From contig CAZKQV010000006.1 of assembly GCA_964555015.1 (NCBI GenBank), forward strand, positions 18,875 to 82,874: 64,000 nucleotides of DNA. The letters are read 5' to 3'. The notes under the pieces were generated by a model, which saw only the letters and a list, made by a program, of their open reading frames with translations, searched no databases and was not told the DNA's origin. Position numbers and translations under genes: made by a program. Below, in pieces: positions 29,616 through 39,657 of the stretch (positions within the stretch are counted from its first letter, which is position 1; each line of letters starts with the position of its first letter). The DNA comes from an uncultured Eubacterium sp. GTDB lineage: Bacteria; Bacillota; Clostridia; Lachnospirales; Lachnospiraceae.

Positions 29616-30238
29616 GAATCGCTGTGCTTGTTTCCGGTGGGGGAACCAATCTTCAGGCTATCATGGATGAAATGTCCGCCGGAAAGATTTCCGGCGCGCA
29701 GATCGTGACGGTGATCAGCAATAACAAGAATGCATACGCCCTGGAGCGGGCAAAAAAATACGGAGCAGAGGCCATCACCCTTTCCCCGAAGGATTTTGAA
29801 GACAGAGAGGAATTTAATCTTGCTCTTCTAAGAACACTGGAAGAGAGAGCCATCGATCTGGTGGTCCTGGCAGGCTATCTGGTCGTAGTTCCGCCTGTGG
29901 TGATCGAAAAATTCCGAAACAGGATCATTAATATTCACCCATCTCTGATCCCGTCCTTTTGCGGAACGGGCTGTTATGGACTCCATGTCCATGAAAAGGC
30001 TTTGGAAAAGGGTGTAAAAGTATCCGGAGCCACGGTGCATTTTGTGGATGAAGGAACGGACACCGGCCCGATCATTATGCAAAAGGCGGTAGAGGTAAAA
30101 CCATGCGATACGCCGGAAGTATTGCAAAGAAGAATTATGGAAGAGGCAGAGTGGAAGATACTGCCAGAAGTAATTCGGTTAATTTCAGAAGATAAAGTAC
30201 ACGTAAAAGATCATATTGTCTGGATCGAAGAAGAATAA
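29609..30238 (+). CDS. purN: Phosphoribosylglycinamide formyltransferase
   Basis: [13 protein letters not shown] and [10 protein letters not shown]. It overlaps purM by 7 nt. Confidence 0.93.
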   Translation: MLRIAVLVSGGGTNLQAIMDEMSAGKISGAQIVTVISNNKNAYALERAKKYGAEAITLSPKDFEDREEFNLALLRTLEERAIDLVVLAGYLVVVPPVVIEKFRNRIINIHPSLIPSFCGTGCYGLHVHEKALEKGVKVSGATVHFVDEGTDTGPIIMQKAVEVKPCDTPEVLQRRIMEEAEWKILPEVIRLISEDKVHVKDHIVWIEEE

Positions 30239-30250
30239 CAGGAGGATATC

Positions 30251-31522
30251 ATGAAAGTATTCATCGTTGGCAGCGGCGGAAGAGAACACGCCATTGCATG
30301 GGCGGTACAAAAAAGTGATAAAGTAGAGAAAATATATTGCGCTCCGGGAAATGCCGGAATCGAAGAATATGCAGAATGCGTTGACATCAAGGCAATGGAA
30401 TTTGATAAGTTAGTCGCTTTTGCAAAGGAAAAAGAGATCGACCTTACGATCATCGGTATGGACGATCCTTTAGTGGGCGGAATTGTGGACGCCTTCGAAG
30501 CGGAAGGACTGCGGGTCTTTGGACCGCGCAAAAATGCGGCGATCATCGAGGGCGCCAAAGCATTTTCCAAGGACTTAATGAAAAAATATGGTATTCCCAC
30601 GGCGGCATATGAGAATTTTTACAATAAAGAAGAGGCGCTTGCTTACTTAGAGACTGCAAAAATGCCGATCGTATTAAAGGCGGACGGACTGGCTTTGGGA
30701 AAGGGCGTCCTGATCTGTAATACATTAGAGGAGGCAAAAGAGGGCGTAAAGACCATCATGGAAGAAAAGAAATTCGGAGACGCCGGCAATAAGATGGTGA
30801 TCGAAGAGTTTATGACAGGAAGAGAAGTATCTGTTTTGGCCTTCTGCGATGGAAAGACCGTAAAATGCATGACCAGCGCACAGGATCATAAGCGCGCCAA
30901 AGACGGAGACCAGGGATTAAACACCGGCGGTATGGGTACGTTCTCCCCAAGTCCTTTCTACACAAAAGAAGTACAGGATTTCTGTGAGAAAAACATCTAC
31001 CAAAAGACCATCGACGCCATGGCACAAGAGGGAAGACCTTTTACCGGTATTTTATTTACCGGACTGATGCTTACGCAAGACGGGCCTAAGGTATTGGAAT
31101 ATAATGCGAGATTCGGAGATCCGGAGGCACAGGTTGTCCTTCCAAGAATGAAGAACGATATCATCGAAGTGATGGAAGCCTGCATCGACGGACGTCTTGA
31201 TGAGATCGAGCTGGAATTTGAAGACAACGCTGCAGTGTGCGTGGTACTCGCCTCCGAAGGATATCCGGTTTCCTACGAAAAGGGATACGTGATCGAAGGT
31301 CTGGACTCCTTTAAAGAGAAAGAGGGCTACTATTGTTTCCACGCTGGAACGAAGAAAACAGAAAAAGGAATCGTAAACAGCGGAGGACGCGTCCTTGGAA
31401 TCACCGCAAAAGGCACAGATTTAAAAGACGCCAGAAAGAATGCGTATGAAGCCACCAAATGGGTTCGTTTCGCCAATAAATATATGAGAAACGACATTGG
31501 AAAGGCGATTGACGAGGCGTAA
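30251..31522 (+). CDS. purD: Phosphoribosylamine-glycine ligase
   Basis: VGSGGREHAIAW at the N-terminus and an ATP-grasp core; 423 aa. Confidence 0.95.
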   Translation: MKVFIVGSGGREHAIAWAVQKSDKVEKIYCAPGNAGIEEYAECVDIKAMEFDKLVAFAKEKEIDLTIIGMDDPLVGGIVDAFEAEGLRVFGPRKNAAIIEGAKAFSKDLMKKYGIPTAAYENFYNKEEALAYLETAKMPIVLKADGLALGKGVLICNTLEEAKEGVKTIMEEKKFGDAGNKMVIEEFMTGREVSVLAFCDGKTVKCMTSAQDHKRAKDGDQGLNTGGMGTFSPSPFYTKEVQDFCEKNIYQKTIDAMAQEGRPFTGILFTGLMLTQDGPKVLEYNARFGDPEAQVVLPRMKNDIIEVMEACIDGRLDEIELEFEDNAAVCVVLASEGYPVSYEKGYVIEGLDSFKEKEGYYCFHAGTKKTEKGIVNSGGRVLGITAKGTDLKDARKNAYEATKWVRFANKYMRNDIGKAIDEA

Positions 31523-31523
31523 A

Positions 31524-32885
31524 ATGAATACAAAATCAAAAGACAGATCTTATTATTTATTTGATAATAAAGCATTGATAAGATTAATCCTTCCTCTGCT
31601 TTGTGAGCAGCTTTTGGCGATCTTAGTGGGAATGGCTGATTCCATTATGATCGCCCAGGTTGGGGAAGCGGCGGTTTCCGGAGTGTCTTTAGTAGACCAG
31701 ATCATGGTACTGCTCATTAACGCTTTTTCGGCGTTAACAACAGGCGGTGCAGTAGTAACCGGCCAGTATCTGGGGAAAAAAGATAAAAAAAATGCCTGTA
31801 AATCCGTTACGCAGATGGTGTGGTTTATCACCCTCTGCGCACTCGTCATTACGGTATTATTATATGCCGGAAAATATTTGATCCTCCATGGTATCTTTGG
31901 AGAAATTGAAGCAGATGTTATGGGTCATGCCAATACATATCTGATGATCGTCTCAGCGTCCATTCCGTTTTTGGCATTGTACAATTGCGGAGCGGCTACT
32001 TTCCGTGCGATGGGAAACTCCATGGTTTCCATGATCGTATCTGTCATAATGAATGTGATCAATGTAGCCGGAAATGCAATCCTGATTTTCGGGATGCATT
32101 TTGGCACAGAAGGCGTGGCAATCCCAACCCTGATCTCCAGAATGATCGCCGCGTTTATCATGGTCATTCTTCTTTTAAATCAAGACCGAATGCTTCACAT
32201 GGAAAAAACTTTGCGTTTCCATTTTGATTGGAGAATGATAAAGAGCATCTTAAGTATTGGCGTGCCAAACGGACTGGAAAACAGTATGTTCCAGCTTGGC
32301 AAAGTGATCGTACTAAGTCTGGTTTCAACATTTGGAACCTACGCCATCGCCGCCAATGCGGTGGGAAATGTACTTATTATATTCCAGATCATACCGGGTA
32401 TGGCAATGTCCCTTGCCGTGACGGCAGTCATATCCCAATGCGTGGGAGCGGGAGACTATGAGCAGGTAAAATATTACCACAAAAAACTCCTGATCTTATC
32501 CTATATCTTTGTGGCAATCACGACTCTTTCAATCCTTGCCTTTTTACCTTGGATTTTGAAATTCTATAATTTATCAGAGATCACCGCAAAGATAACAACA
32601 CAGATTGTTTATCTCCATGGAATCTGCGCCATGTTTCTCTGGCCGCTTTCCTTTATCCTTCCATCCACCTTCCGTGCTTCCGGAGATGCAAAATCCTGCA
32701 TGATCATTTCTATTTTTTCCATGTGGGTTTTCCGTATCGCGGCGAGCTGGATTCTTGGAAAGTATATGGGAATCGGCGTATTCGGCGTATGGCTTGCCAT
32801 GATCATAGACTGGGTATTCCGGTCAATATGCTTTGTTATCAAGTATTTTAGAGGAACCTGGAAGAAAAAAGCGTTGGTGTCCTAG
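31524..32885 (+). CDS. MATE family efflux transporter
   Basis: About 453 aa with 12 hydrophobic segments in two homologous halves. The ATG at 31524 lies 1 nt after the purD stop. Confidence 0.8.
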   Translation: MNTKSKDRSYYLFDNKALIRLILPLLCEQLLAILVGMADSIMIAQVGEAAVSGVSLVDQIMVLLINAFSALTTGGAVVTGQYLGKKDKKNACKSVTQMVWFITLCALVITVLLYAGKYLILHGIFGEIEADVMGHANTYLMIVSASIPFLALYNCGAATFRAMGNSMVSMIVSVIMNVINVAGNAILIFGMHFGTEGVAIPTLISRMIAAFIMVILLLNQDRMLHMEKTLRFHFDWRMIKSILSIGVPNGLENSMFQLGKVIVLSLVSTFGTYAIAANAVGNVLIIFQIIPGMAMSLAVTAVISQCVGAGDYEQVKYYHKKLLILSYIFVAITTLSILAFLPWILKFYNLSEITAKITTQIVYLHGICAMFLWPLSFILPSTFRASGDAKSCMIISIFSMWVFRIAASWILGKYMGIGVFGVWLAMIIDWVFRSICFVIKYFRGTWKKKALVS

Positions 32886-32922
32886 AATTTTGCCTTTACG
32901 CAGTCTGGTTTTGCCGCTAACC

Positions 32923-32951
32923 TTGAAATTTAATTTTTATTGTGTTAGAAT
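32923..32951 (+). promoter_or_regulatory. Near-consensus extended -10 promoter for the BMC gene
   Basis: TTGAAA - 17 nt - TAGAAT, with TGT immediately upstream of the -10 (TGnTAGAAT). Confidence 0.6.
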
Positions 32952-32981
32952 ATAAACAATTATTGTTGGAGGAGTTTCTTG

Positions 32982-33386
32982 ATGGGCAAAAAATGTGTGG
33001 GCTTAATCGAGGCGATCGGTCTGGCCTCTGCCATTCAGGCAGCGGACACGGCGGTGAAGTCTGCGGATGTTAAGCTGTTAGGATATGAATATAGTGGATA
33101 CGACGCCCGCATTGTGGTGAAGGTAGAAGGAACAGCCGGGGCAGTAAAATCTGCGGTGGCAGCGGCGGCTTCTGCAACCAAGACGATCAAGGGCGTGATC
33201 AGTGGATATCAGACCGTTGTCAATAAGTATGCCCTGGATGATACCGTTTACCATACCCTCATCAGAAACGCTCAGACTATCGGAGATGAATTGCAGATTC
33301 AATCCGGAAAGCGCCCTCAAGGTACTACAAGACAAGCCAAGTGGGTGGGACACTGGAAGCAAAAGGGAACCTACATATACGAATAA
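32982..33386 (+). CDS. BMC-domain (bacterial microcompartment shell, BMC-H type) protein with a roughly 50-aa C-terminal extension
   Basis: The core aligns to my recollection of PduA/EutM: VGLIEAIGLASAIQAADTAVKSADVKLLGYE...EGTAGAVKSAVAAA. SD GGAGGAG upstream. Confidence 0.8.
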   Translation: MGKKCVGLIEAIGLASAIQAADTAVKSADVKLLGYEYSGYDARIVVKVEGTAGAVKSAVAAAASATKTIKGVISGYQTVVNKYALDDTVYHTLIRNAQTIGDELQIQSGKRPQGTTRQAKWVGHWKQKGTYIYE

Positions 33387-33402
33387 TTTTATTAAATTAA
33401 AA

Positions 33403-33439
33403 GAAGCCGGGCTTTTTAAGAGCCCGGCTTCTAGCTTTT
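33403..33439 (+). terminator. Rho-independent terminator directly after the BMC gene
   Basis: 11-bp perfect stem GAAGCCGGGCT / AGCCCGGCTTC, 7-nt loop, followed by TAGCTTTT. Confidence 0.8.
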
Positions 33440-33577
33440 GCGAAACGTAAGCTCCGGGTATCCGTTTCTACAATTATTTATGTTACATTTTATGTACTTT
33501 CTTGTTTTATTTGGGATATAGTATATAATGAAAATAACAGGTTGGACATATTCATAATTGTATGAGGAGGAGATTCT

Positions 33578-34105
33578 ATGAAAGAAGGATTTGTGCACAT
33601 TTATCATGGCGATGGAAAAGGAAAGACAACCAGCGGTGTGGGTCTTTGCATCCGGGCGGCGGGAGCAGGGATGAAGGTATTTATTTTTCAATTTATGAAA
33701 GTACCTGGTTCCAGTGAATTTAATATTTTAGAAAATATCCCTCAGATCACGGTGCTTGAGGGTACTCACAATGAAAAGTTTCTTTTTCAGATGACAGAGG
33801 AAGAGAAAGAAGAGGAGCGCGATTTCTATGAGGAAAAATTTGAATTAATATGCAAAAAGGTAATAGAAGAAGATATTGATCTTCTGTTTTTGGATGAAGT
33901 ATTACACGCAGTTAATTACGGGATGCTCCCAGAAGAAAAACTGATTGAGTTTTTAGAGAACAGGCCGAAAAAACTGGAAGTGGTTCTTACGGGGTATGAT
34001 CCAAGTGAGAGACTCATGGAAAAGGCGGACTACATATCCTATATTGGTAAGGTGAAACATCCCTTTGACAGAGGCGTTCCCGAAAGGCTGGGAATTGAAA
34101 AATAA
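33578..34105 (+). CDS. cobO: Cob(I)yrinic acid a,c-diamide / cob(I)alamin adenosyltransferase (CobA/CobO/BtuR family)
   Basis: 175 aa with the P-loop HGDGKGKTT, followed by GLCIRAAGAGMKVFIFQFMK. SD GAGGAGG upstream. Confidence 0.8.
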   Translation: MKEGFVHIYHGDGKGKTTSGVGLCIRAAGAGMKVFIFQFMKVPGSSEFNILENIPQITVLEGTHNEKFLFQMTEEEKEEERDFYEEKFELICKKVIEEDIDLLFLDEVLHAVNYGMLPEEKLIEFLENRPKKLEVVLTGYDPSERLMEKADYISYIGKVKHPFDRGVPERLGIEK

Positions 34106-34148
34106 AAGGCCGATTGGATATTCTTTTCCGAAAGAGAGGGAAAACAAA

Positions 34149-34628
34149 TTGAAAGCTATTTTTATCGGTTCCATATCATCGGGAAAAACAACTTTGATAC
34201 AATGTCTAAATGATATGGATATGAGATATCATAAAACGCAGGCTGTAGATTATGTTAATAACTATATTGATACGCCCGGAGAATATATGCAGGTGAGATC
34301 ATTTTGGTGTTCGTTAACTGTGACAGCCTATGATGCGGATGTTATCTGTCTGATACAGGATGCTTCCAGTGAAGATTGTTGGTTTTCCGGAGGAATCAGC
34401 AGTAAGTTTGCAAAACCGGTCATAGGTATTGTCACTAAAATTGATCGGGGAGACGCCAATTTGGAACGTGCATTTCGATATCTTAAATATGCGGGATGCC
34501 GCGAAATATACTTTGTAAGTTCATTAACCGGGGAAGGAATTTGCAGTTTGAGAGATGGGTTATTGCTTCAGATTATGGGATATAAAAAGGAAAATGCTTT
34601 TTCCTATCAAGATGAATATTTTGATTAG
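34149..34628 (+). CDS. EutP/PduV family small GTPase
   Basis: P-loop GSISSGKTTL, then IDTPGEY and TKID. The TTG start at 34149 (GAGAGGG upstream) gives 159 aa, which fits the family; the ATG at 34065 would overlap cobO. Confidence 0.75.
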   Translation: MKAIFIGSISSGKTTLIQCLNDMDMRYHKTQAVDYVNNYIDTPGEYMQVRSFWCSLTVTAYDADVICLIQDASSEDCWFSGGISSKFAKPVIGIVTKIDRGDANLERAFRYLKYAGCREIYFVSSLTGEGICSLRDGLLLQIMGYKKENAFSYQDEYFD

Positions 34629-34711
34629 AAATGCTTTGGGGAAACATGAATTAGCAAAAGAAAGATGTTTTGAGGAAAGACGATGAAACAAGGTAAAGGA
34701 TGGTGGAAGGA

Positions 34712-35398
34712 ATGAAACGAATTTTTTTGGTTGAGGATGACTTAAGTTTGATCAATGGACTGTCCTTTGCTGTGAAAAAACAAGGATATGAGCTGGATGT
34801 GGCCCGTACCAGAAGTGAGGCGGAGGATATGTGGCAAGAGGGAAAGTATGATCTTGTAATTTTAGATGTCTCTTTGCCGGACGGGTCCGGGTTTGAAATT
34901 TGCCAAAAAATACGCCAGACTTCGAAAGTGCCGATCATGTTTCTCACGGCAGCGGATGAGGAGACAGACGTGATAATGGGATTGGATATCGGCGGCGACG
35001 ACTATATTACCAAACCATTTAAGCTGGCCATTTTCATGTCAAGGATCCACGCATTGCTCCGAAGGAGCGATAACTTTAATCAGGCGGACACGGAGTTAAA
35101 TTCCAACGGAATCAGAGTGCGGCTTCTAAAAAGGGAAGTGTATAAGGGCGGCAAACCAATTGAATTGACAGCCAGCGAGTATAAGCTGCTGTGTTTGTTC
35201 CTGGAAAATCCGGACATAGTGCTTTTCCAGGAACAAATTTTAAGTAAACTGTGGGATTGTGATGAAAAATATATTGATAATAATTCCCTTTCTGTGTATA
35301 TACGAAGGCTGCGGACAAAAATTGAAGACAATCCGGCAAGTCCGAAGCGGATTATCACGGTTCGGCGTATGGGATATAAGTGGAATACGAATTGCTGA
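34712..35398 (+). CDS. OmpR-family response regulator
   Basis: Receiver domain (DLVILDVSLPDGSG) plus a winged-helix output domain (YIRRLRTKIE, ITVRRMGYKW). Confidence 0.9.
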   Translation: MKRIFLVEDDLSLINGLSFAVKKQGYELDVARTRSEAEDMWQEGKYDLVILDVSLPDGSGFEICQKIRQTSKVPIMFLTAADEETDVIMGLDIGGDDYITKPFKLAIFMSRIHALLRRSDNFNQADTELNSNGIRVRLLKREVYKGGKPIELTASEYKLLCLFLENPDIVLFQEQILSKLWDCDEKYIDNNSLSVYIRRLRTKIEDNPASPKRIITVRRMGYKWNTNC

Positions 35399-35406
35399 GG
35401 TGCATA

Positions 35407-36444
35407 ATGAAGATTTTGACAAATAATAAAATAAAAGCGCTGTTTCGTAAGATATTACTGAGTATGCTGCTATTTACTTTGCTGTCAGTGGTCTTCATGG
35501 TCCTTGGACTGGAAAATGCAGAGTTATATCTTTTGATCTGCGCCCTTTTGGCGGGGATGATCATACTGGCAGTCTTATGGAACTATTTTGTGGAACGGGA
35601 CAAGATTATGGAAGATGCGGTGGAACAAATTATAGAATATACCTCCGGGAATCGGACGGCCCGCATTGCCTGCGATGAGGAAGGGGAGCTGTACCGATTG
35701 TTCCATGAAGTAAATGCATTGGCTGCCATTTTGAATGCGCAGGCGGAGAATGAAGGAAAATCAAAGGAATTTTTGAAAAATACCATTTCCGATATTTCCC
35801 ATCAGCTAAAAACTCCCCTTGCGGCCTTAAACATCTACAATGGGCTGTTGTTGGAAGAGACTAAGCAGCAGCCGGAAATCAATGAGTTTGCCGTATTGTC
35901 CGAACAGGAGCTTGACCGTATTGAAACTCTGGTGCAAAATCTTTTAAAAGTCACGAAACTGGACGCAGGATCCATTGTATTTGAAAAACATCTGGAAAAT
36001 GTGGAAGATATGATGAAAGATATTGAGCTGCATTTTTCGTATCGGGCAAAACAGGAAGAAAAGAAAATCATCTTATCCGGGGCAGATGACATTTTCCTTG
36101 TCTGTGACCGGGATTGGATGACGGAGGCCATCGGCAATATCGTGAAAAATGCTTTGGATCACACAAAAAGCGGGGATTATGTCCGTATAGAATGGAAAAA
36201 GTTTGCATCGGTGATACAGATTATTGTGAAGGATAATGGATGCGGAATCCATCCGGAAGACAGGTATCACATATTCAAGAGATTTTATCGCAGCCGTTTT
36301 TCCCAGGATACGCAGGGAATCGGCCTGGGGCTGCCCCTTGCAAAATCAGTGATCGAGGACCACGACGGCATCATAGAAATAGACAGTGATCTGGGCGTCG
36401 GCACGTCATTTATCCTTAATTTCCTGATTCCTACAAAATTGTAG
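35407..36444 (+). CDS. Sensor histidine kinase of the intramembrane-sensing (BceS-like) type
   Basis: Two N-terminal TM helices separated by only about 6 residues (GLENAE). H-box SHQLKTPLAAL, N-box IVKNALDHT and G-boxes DNGCGI and GIGLGL. Confidence 0.85.
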   Translation: MKILTNNKIKALFRKILLSMLLFTLLSVVFMVLGLENAELYLLICALLAGMIILAVLWNYFVERDKIMEDAVEQIIEYTSGNRTARIACDEEGELYRLFHEVNALAAILNAQAENEGKSKEFLKNTISDISHQLKTPLAALNIYNGLLLEETKQQPEINEFAVLSEQELDRIETLVQNLLKVTKLDAGSIVFEKHLENVEDMMKDIELHFSYRAKQEEKKIILSGADDIFLVCDRDWMTEAIGNIVKNALDHTKSGDYVRIEWKKFASVIQIIVKDNGCGIHPEDRYHIFKRFYRSRFSQDTQGIGLGLPLAKSVIEDHDGIIEIDSDLGVGTSFILNFLIPTKL

Positions 36445-36520
36445 CATTGCAGTAATATTGCAGTAAGGTTTCAATGATACTCTTTCCATAGAATAAAATA
36501 GAGAAAGAGGTGTTTACGAT

Positions 36521-37222
36521 ATGGATTTATTAGAAGTAAAATCAATTTCTAAAACATACGGCAGCGGGGAAACTGCTGTCCACGCATTAAAAGACGTTAG
36601 CTTTACCGTCCCAAAGGGAGAGTTTGTGGCGATCGTCGGAGAGTCGGGGTCCGGAAAGACCACCCTCCTTAATATGCTTGGGGCTTTGGATACGCCGACC
36701 TCCGGCAAAGTGCTGATCGATGGCAAAGATATCTTTTCTATGAAGGAAAAAGCGCTTACGGTTTTTCGACGCCGGAATATTGGATTTATCTTTCAGGCGT
36801 TTAATCTGATTCCGGAACTTACCGTGGAACAAAATATTATTTTCCCTGTTCTGCTGGATTATCAAAAACCCAACAGAAGACATCTGGAAGAGCTTCTTAC
36901 CGTGCTTAACTTAAGAGAGCGCCGCAATCATTTGCCAAGCCAGTTATCCGGCGGCCAGCAGCAGAGAGTGGCGATTGGGCGCGCCCTGATTACTCGGCCG
37001 TCCTTAATTCTCGCCGATGAGCCGACGGGAAACCTGGATACGCAAAACAGCAGCGAAGTGATCGCTCTTTTAAAAGAAGCGTCGAAAAAGTATGAGCAGA
37101 CGATCATTATGATCACCCACAACCGAAGCATTGCCCAGACGGCGGATCGGGTTTTAAACGTATCGGACGGCGTACTAACGGACTGGGGAAGAGCACAGGA
37201 AGTTGCGGGGGAAATCGGATGA
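36521..37222 (+). CDS. ABC transporter ATP-binding protein (MacB/FtsE/BceA-like)
   Basis: Walker [10 protein letters not shown], signature [15 protein letters not shown] and Walker [13 protein letters not shown]. Confidence 0.92.
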   Translation: MDLLEVKSISKTYGSGETAVHALKDVSFTVPKGEFVAIVGESGSGKTTLLNMLGALDTPTSGKVLIDGKDIFSMKEKALTVFRRRNIGFIFQAFNLIPELTVEQNIIFPVLLDYQKPNRRHLEELLTVLNLRERRNHLPSQLSGGQQQRVAIGRALITRPSLILADEPTGNLDTQNSSEVIALLKEASKKYEQTIIMITHNRSIAQTADRVLNVSDGVLTDWGRAQEVAGEIG

Positions 37223-39546
37223 AAAGTTATCTTAGTCTTGTCCCGATTTCCAGCCGCATACACAAGCGTCAAAGCCGGATGGTTAGAATTTGTATCATAC
37301 TTGCCGTGTTTTTAGTGACGGTACTTTTTTCCATAGCGGATATGTGGATCGCAGCGGAAAAAGATGCCATGATTCAAAAACACGGAAATTACCATATCCG
37401 GCTTATGGATGTGTCAAAGGAGGAAGCAGAGCGGATCGGGAAAAGTCATGAAGTCGATGCGGCAGCCTGGTGTGACGAGATTAATTCGGAGACCAAAAAG
37501 AATTACTATGCGAATGGGAAAAAAACGGTGATCTATGGCGCCACAGCGTCTTACATTTCCGATATAAGGAACTATAAACAAGAAGGTTCCTTCCCGAAAA
37601 ATGACAGGGAAGTGATGATCAGTTCCAGCGCAAAAAAACTCCTGGGAGTGAGCGTGGGGGACAGTATTACCTTAAATACGCCCGGAGGACATTTTGACTT
37701 TAAGGTGTCGGGATTTTGTGAGGACGACGAAGAATTTAATCACAGTTTTGACGGATGCTGCATTTATGCGAGCATGGCGGCGTTCCAAAAGATTGGCAGT
37801 TTCAATAAAAAAGACGTCAATTTAAAGTATTACATCCGGTTTAACGAGAAGGTTAATATCCAAAAAACGATTGCCGGGATCAAGGAAAAGGATCCCTCTA
37901 TGGATGGAAAAATAGATGAAAATACGGCCGTGCTAGGGCTGTTGGGGACAAGCAGCAATGAATATGCGAAAAACATTTATCCCTTTGTCGTGATATGTTT
38001 CTTGCTGATCTTATGCGCGGGAGTGCTGATGATCTCAGGCTGCATCAACAGCAACGTGGTGCAAAGAAGCTGTTTTTTCGGGATGCTGCGTTGTATTGGA
38101 GCAAGCAAAAAACAGATCGTGCGTTACGTGAGGCTGGAATCCTTTTTCTGGTGCCTTACCTCCATTCCGACCGGCTGTTTCCTCGGCGTGACGGTCAATT
38201 GGATCCTTTGCGCTGTGCTGAGGATGCTGGTCAAAGGGGAATGGTTCTATATGCCGCTTTTTGGCGTGAGTGTGTCCGGGATCATCTGCGGGGCTGTGAT
38301 GGGAATCATCACCGTATTTATTGCGTCCCATTCTCCGGCAAAACGGGCCGCAAAGGTTTCTCCGGTATCTGCTGTGTCGGGCAATATTGAAACCTTAAAA
38401 AATACCGGAAAAATGGCAAACTCCAGCATTTTTAAGATTGAAACGACGTTGGGAATCCGCCATGGAATTTCCGATAAAAAGAATCTGACATTGATCGCGG
38501 GCTCTTTTGCGCTCACCATCATATTACTTTTGAGCTTTTCGGCCTGCTTAGATTTGGCTCGACGGCTGATTCCTTCTTTAAGCGATTTTTCGTCGGATTT
38601 TACCATCTCGACGCAGGAAAATACCAATACGATAGATAAAACGCTTGTCCGGAAAATTTCAGAGATACCGGGAGTGGAGAATGTTTTTGGCACAATGTAT
38701 GCCGTGAAGCTGCCTGCTAAGATCAATGGAAAAGAGACAAATATCGATATGACCTCTTATGAAGAATTTATGTTAAACCGCACCAAAAAATCAGTGGCAA
38801 GCGGCGATCTGTCAAAGGTGTACGGAGACAGCAATTATGTTCTTAGCATATTTAGCGAGGTTAGTTCTCTCGATGTGGGAGATAAAATAAAGATTGGAGA
38901 TCAGGAGATTGAAATTGGCTGCATCGCCTCGGAAGGAATCGGAAGCATCAGCAATTCGCCCCTTGTAGTGTGTTCCGAAGAAACCTTTGCGCGCTTAACC
39001 GGAGATTTGGGTTACATGATGGTAAATATTATATTAGATAAAAACGCCACAGAAAGTACCGTGAGCCAAATACGTGATTTGGCGGGAGGCTACCTCTTGA
39101 CAGACCGAAGAACAGAAGGAAGGGAACAGTACAGTTTTTATTGGGTGATTCGCCTTTTCGTTTATGGATTTTTGGTGATTATTTCTATGATCGCCGTTTT
39201 AAACATCATGAACAGCATTTCCATGAGTGTGTCCGCCAGGGTAAAGCAATATGGGGCAATGCGCGCCGTCGGCATGGAAAGCCGCCAAGTGACAAAAATG
39301 ATCGCGGCCGAGGCAGCCACTTATGTTGTCTTAGGCATGGCTGTGGGCGATATCTTTGGACTGCTGCTCCATTATCAGTTTTATGAAAAAGCGATCCTTA
39401 CGCATTTTGGTGGACATTGGAAGGTTCCGGTTTCGGCTCTAGGAGTGATATTGCTGCTTGTTTGCGTCTCGTGCCTCATAGCGATCTATGCTCCGTCAAA
39501 GCGGATGGAGAATATGGCGGTCACGGAAATGATCAATGAACTGTGA
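37219..39546 (+). CDS. FtsX-family ABC transporter permease with tandem MacB-like halves (775 aa)
   Basis: It overlaps the ATPase gene by 4 nt. The pattern TM - about 200-aa hydrophilic domain - 3 TM occurs twice (approximately aa 20-390 and 420-775). Confidence 0.8.
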   Translation: MKSYLSLVPISSRIHKRQSRMVRICIILAVFLVTVLFSIADMWIAAEKDAMIQKHGNYHIRLMDVSKEEAERIGKSHEVDAAAWCDEINSETKKNYYANGKKTVIYGATASYISDIRNYKQEGSFPKNDREVMISSSAKKLLGVSVGDSITLNTPGGHFDFKVSGFCEDDEEFNHSFDGCCIYASMAAFQKIGSFNKKDVNLKYYIRFNEKVNIQKTIAGIKEKDPSMDGKIDENTAVLGLLGTSSNEYAKNIYPFVVICFLLILCAGVLMISGCINSNVVQRSCFFGMLRCIGASKKQIVRYVRLESFFWCLTSIPTGCFLGVTVNWILCAVLRMLVKGEWFYMPLFGVSVSGIICGAVMGIITVFIASHSPAKRAAKVSPVSAVSGNIETLKNTGKMANSSIFKIETTLGIRHGISDKKNLTLIAGSFALTIILLLSFSACLDLARRLIPSLSDFSSDFTISTQENTNTIDKTLVRKISEIPGVENVFGTMYAVKLPAKINGKETNIDMTSYEEFMLNRTKKSVASGDLSKVYGDSNYVLSIFSEVSSLDVGDKIKIGDQEIEIGCIASEGIGSISNSPLVVCSEETFARLTGDLGYMMVNIILDKNATESTVSQIRDLAGGYLLTDRRTEGREQYSFYWVIRLFVYGFLVIISMIAVLNIMNSISMSVSARVKQYGAMRAVGMESRQVTKMIAAEAATYVVLGMAVGDIFGLLLHYQFYEKAILTHFGGHWKVPVSALGVILLLVCVSCLIAIYAPSKRMENMAVTEMINEL

Positions 39547-39561
39547 CGCTGAAATGATGCT

Positions 39562-39589
39562 TTGACAGTGATTATGGTTATGGTATAAT
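39562..39589 (+). promoter_or_regulatory. Sigma-A type promoter upstream of the methyltransferase gene
   Basis: TTGACA - 16 nt - TATAAT, with TGG preceding the -10. Confidence 0.55.
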
Positions 39590-39657
39590 CAGTTTTGGTT
39601 GTATAATTATAATATGATAAAATAATAACTATAATAATATAGAAAAGGGGCTGCAAA

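Noticed and set aside
33431-33691. 86-aa minus-strand ORF spanning the BMC-cobO spacer
   Set aside because: It overlaps the cobO start and promoter. It is AT-rich and low-complexity with no SD, and it would be the only minus-strand gene in the window.
32982-34628. Interpretation as a complete ethanolamine or propanediol utilisation microcompartment operon
   Set aside because: Only one shell gene plus two accessory genes are present. There is no signature enzyme, pentamer protein or EutV/W-type regulator, and the adjacent two-component system is OmpR-type and belongs with the ABC transporter.
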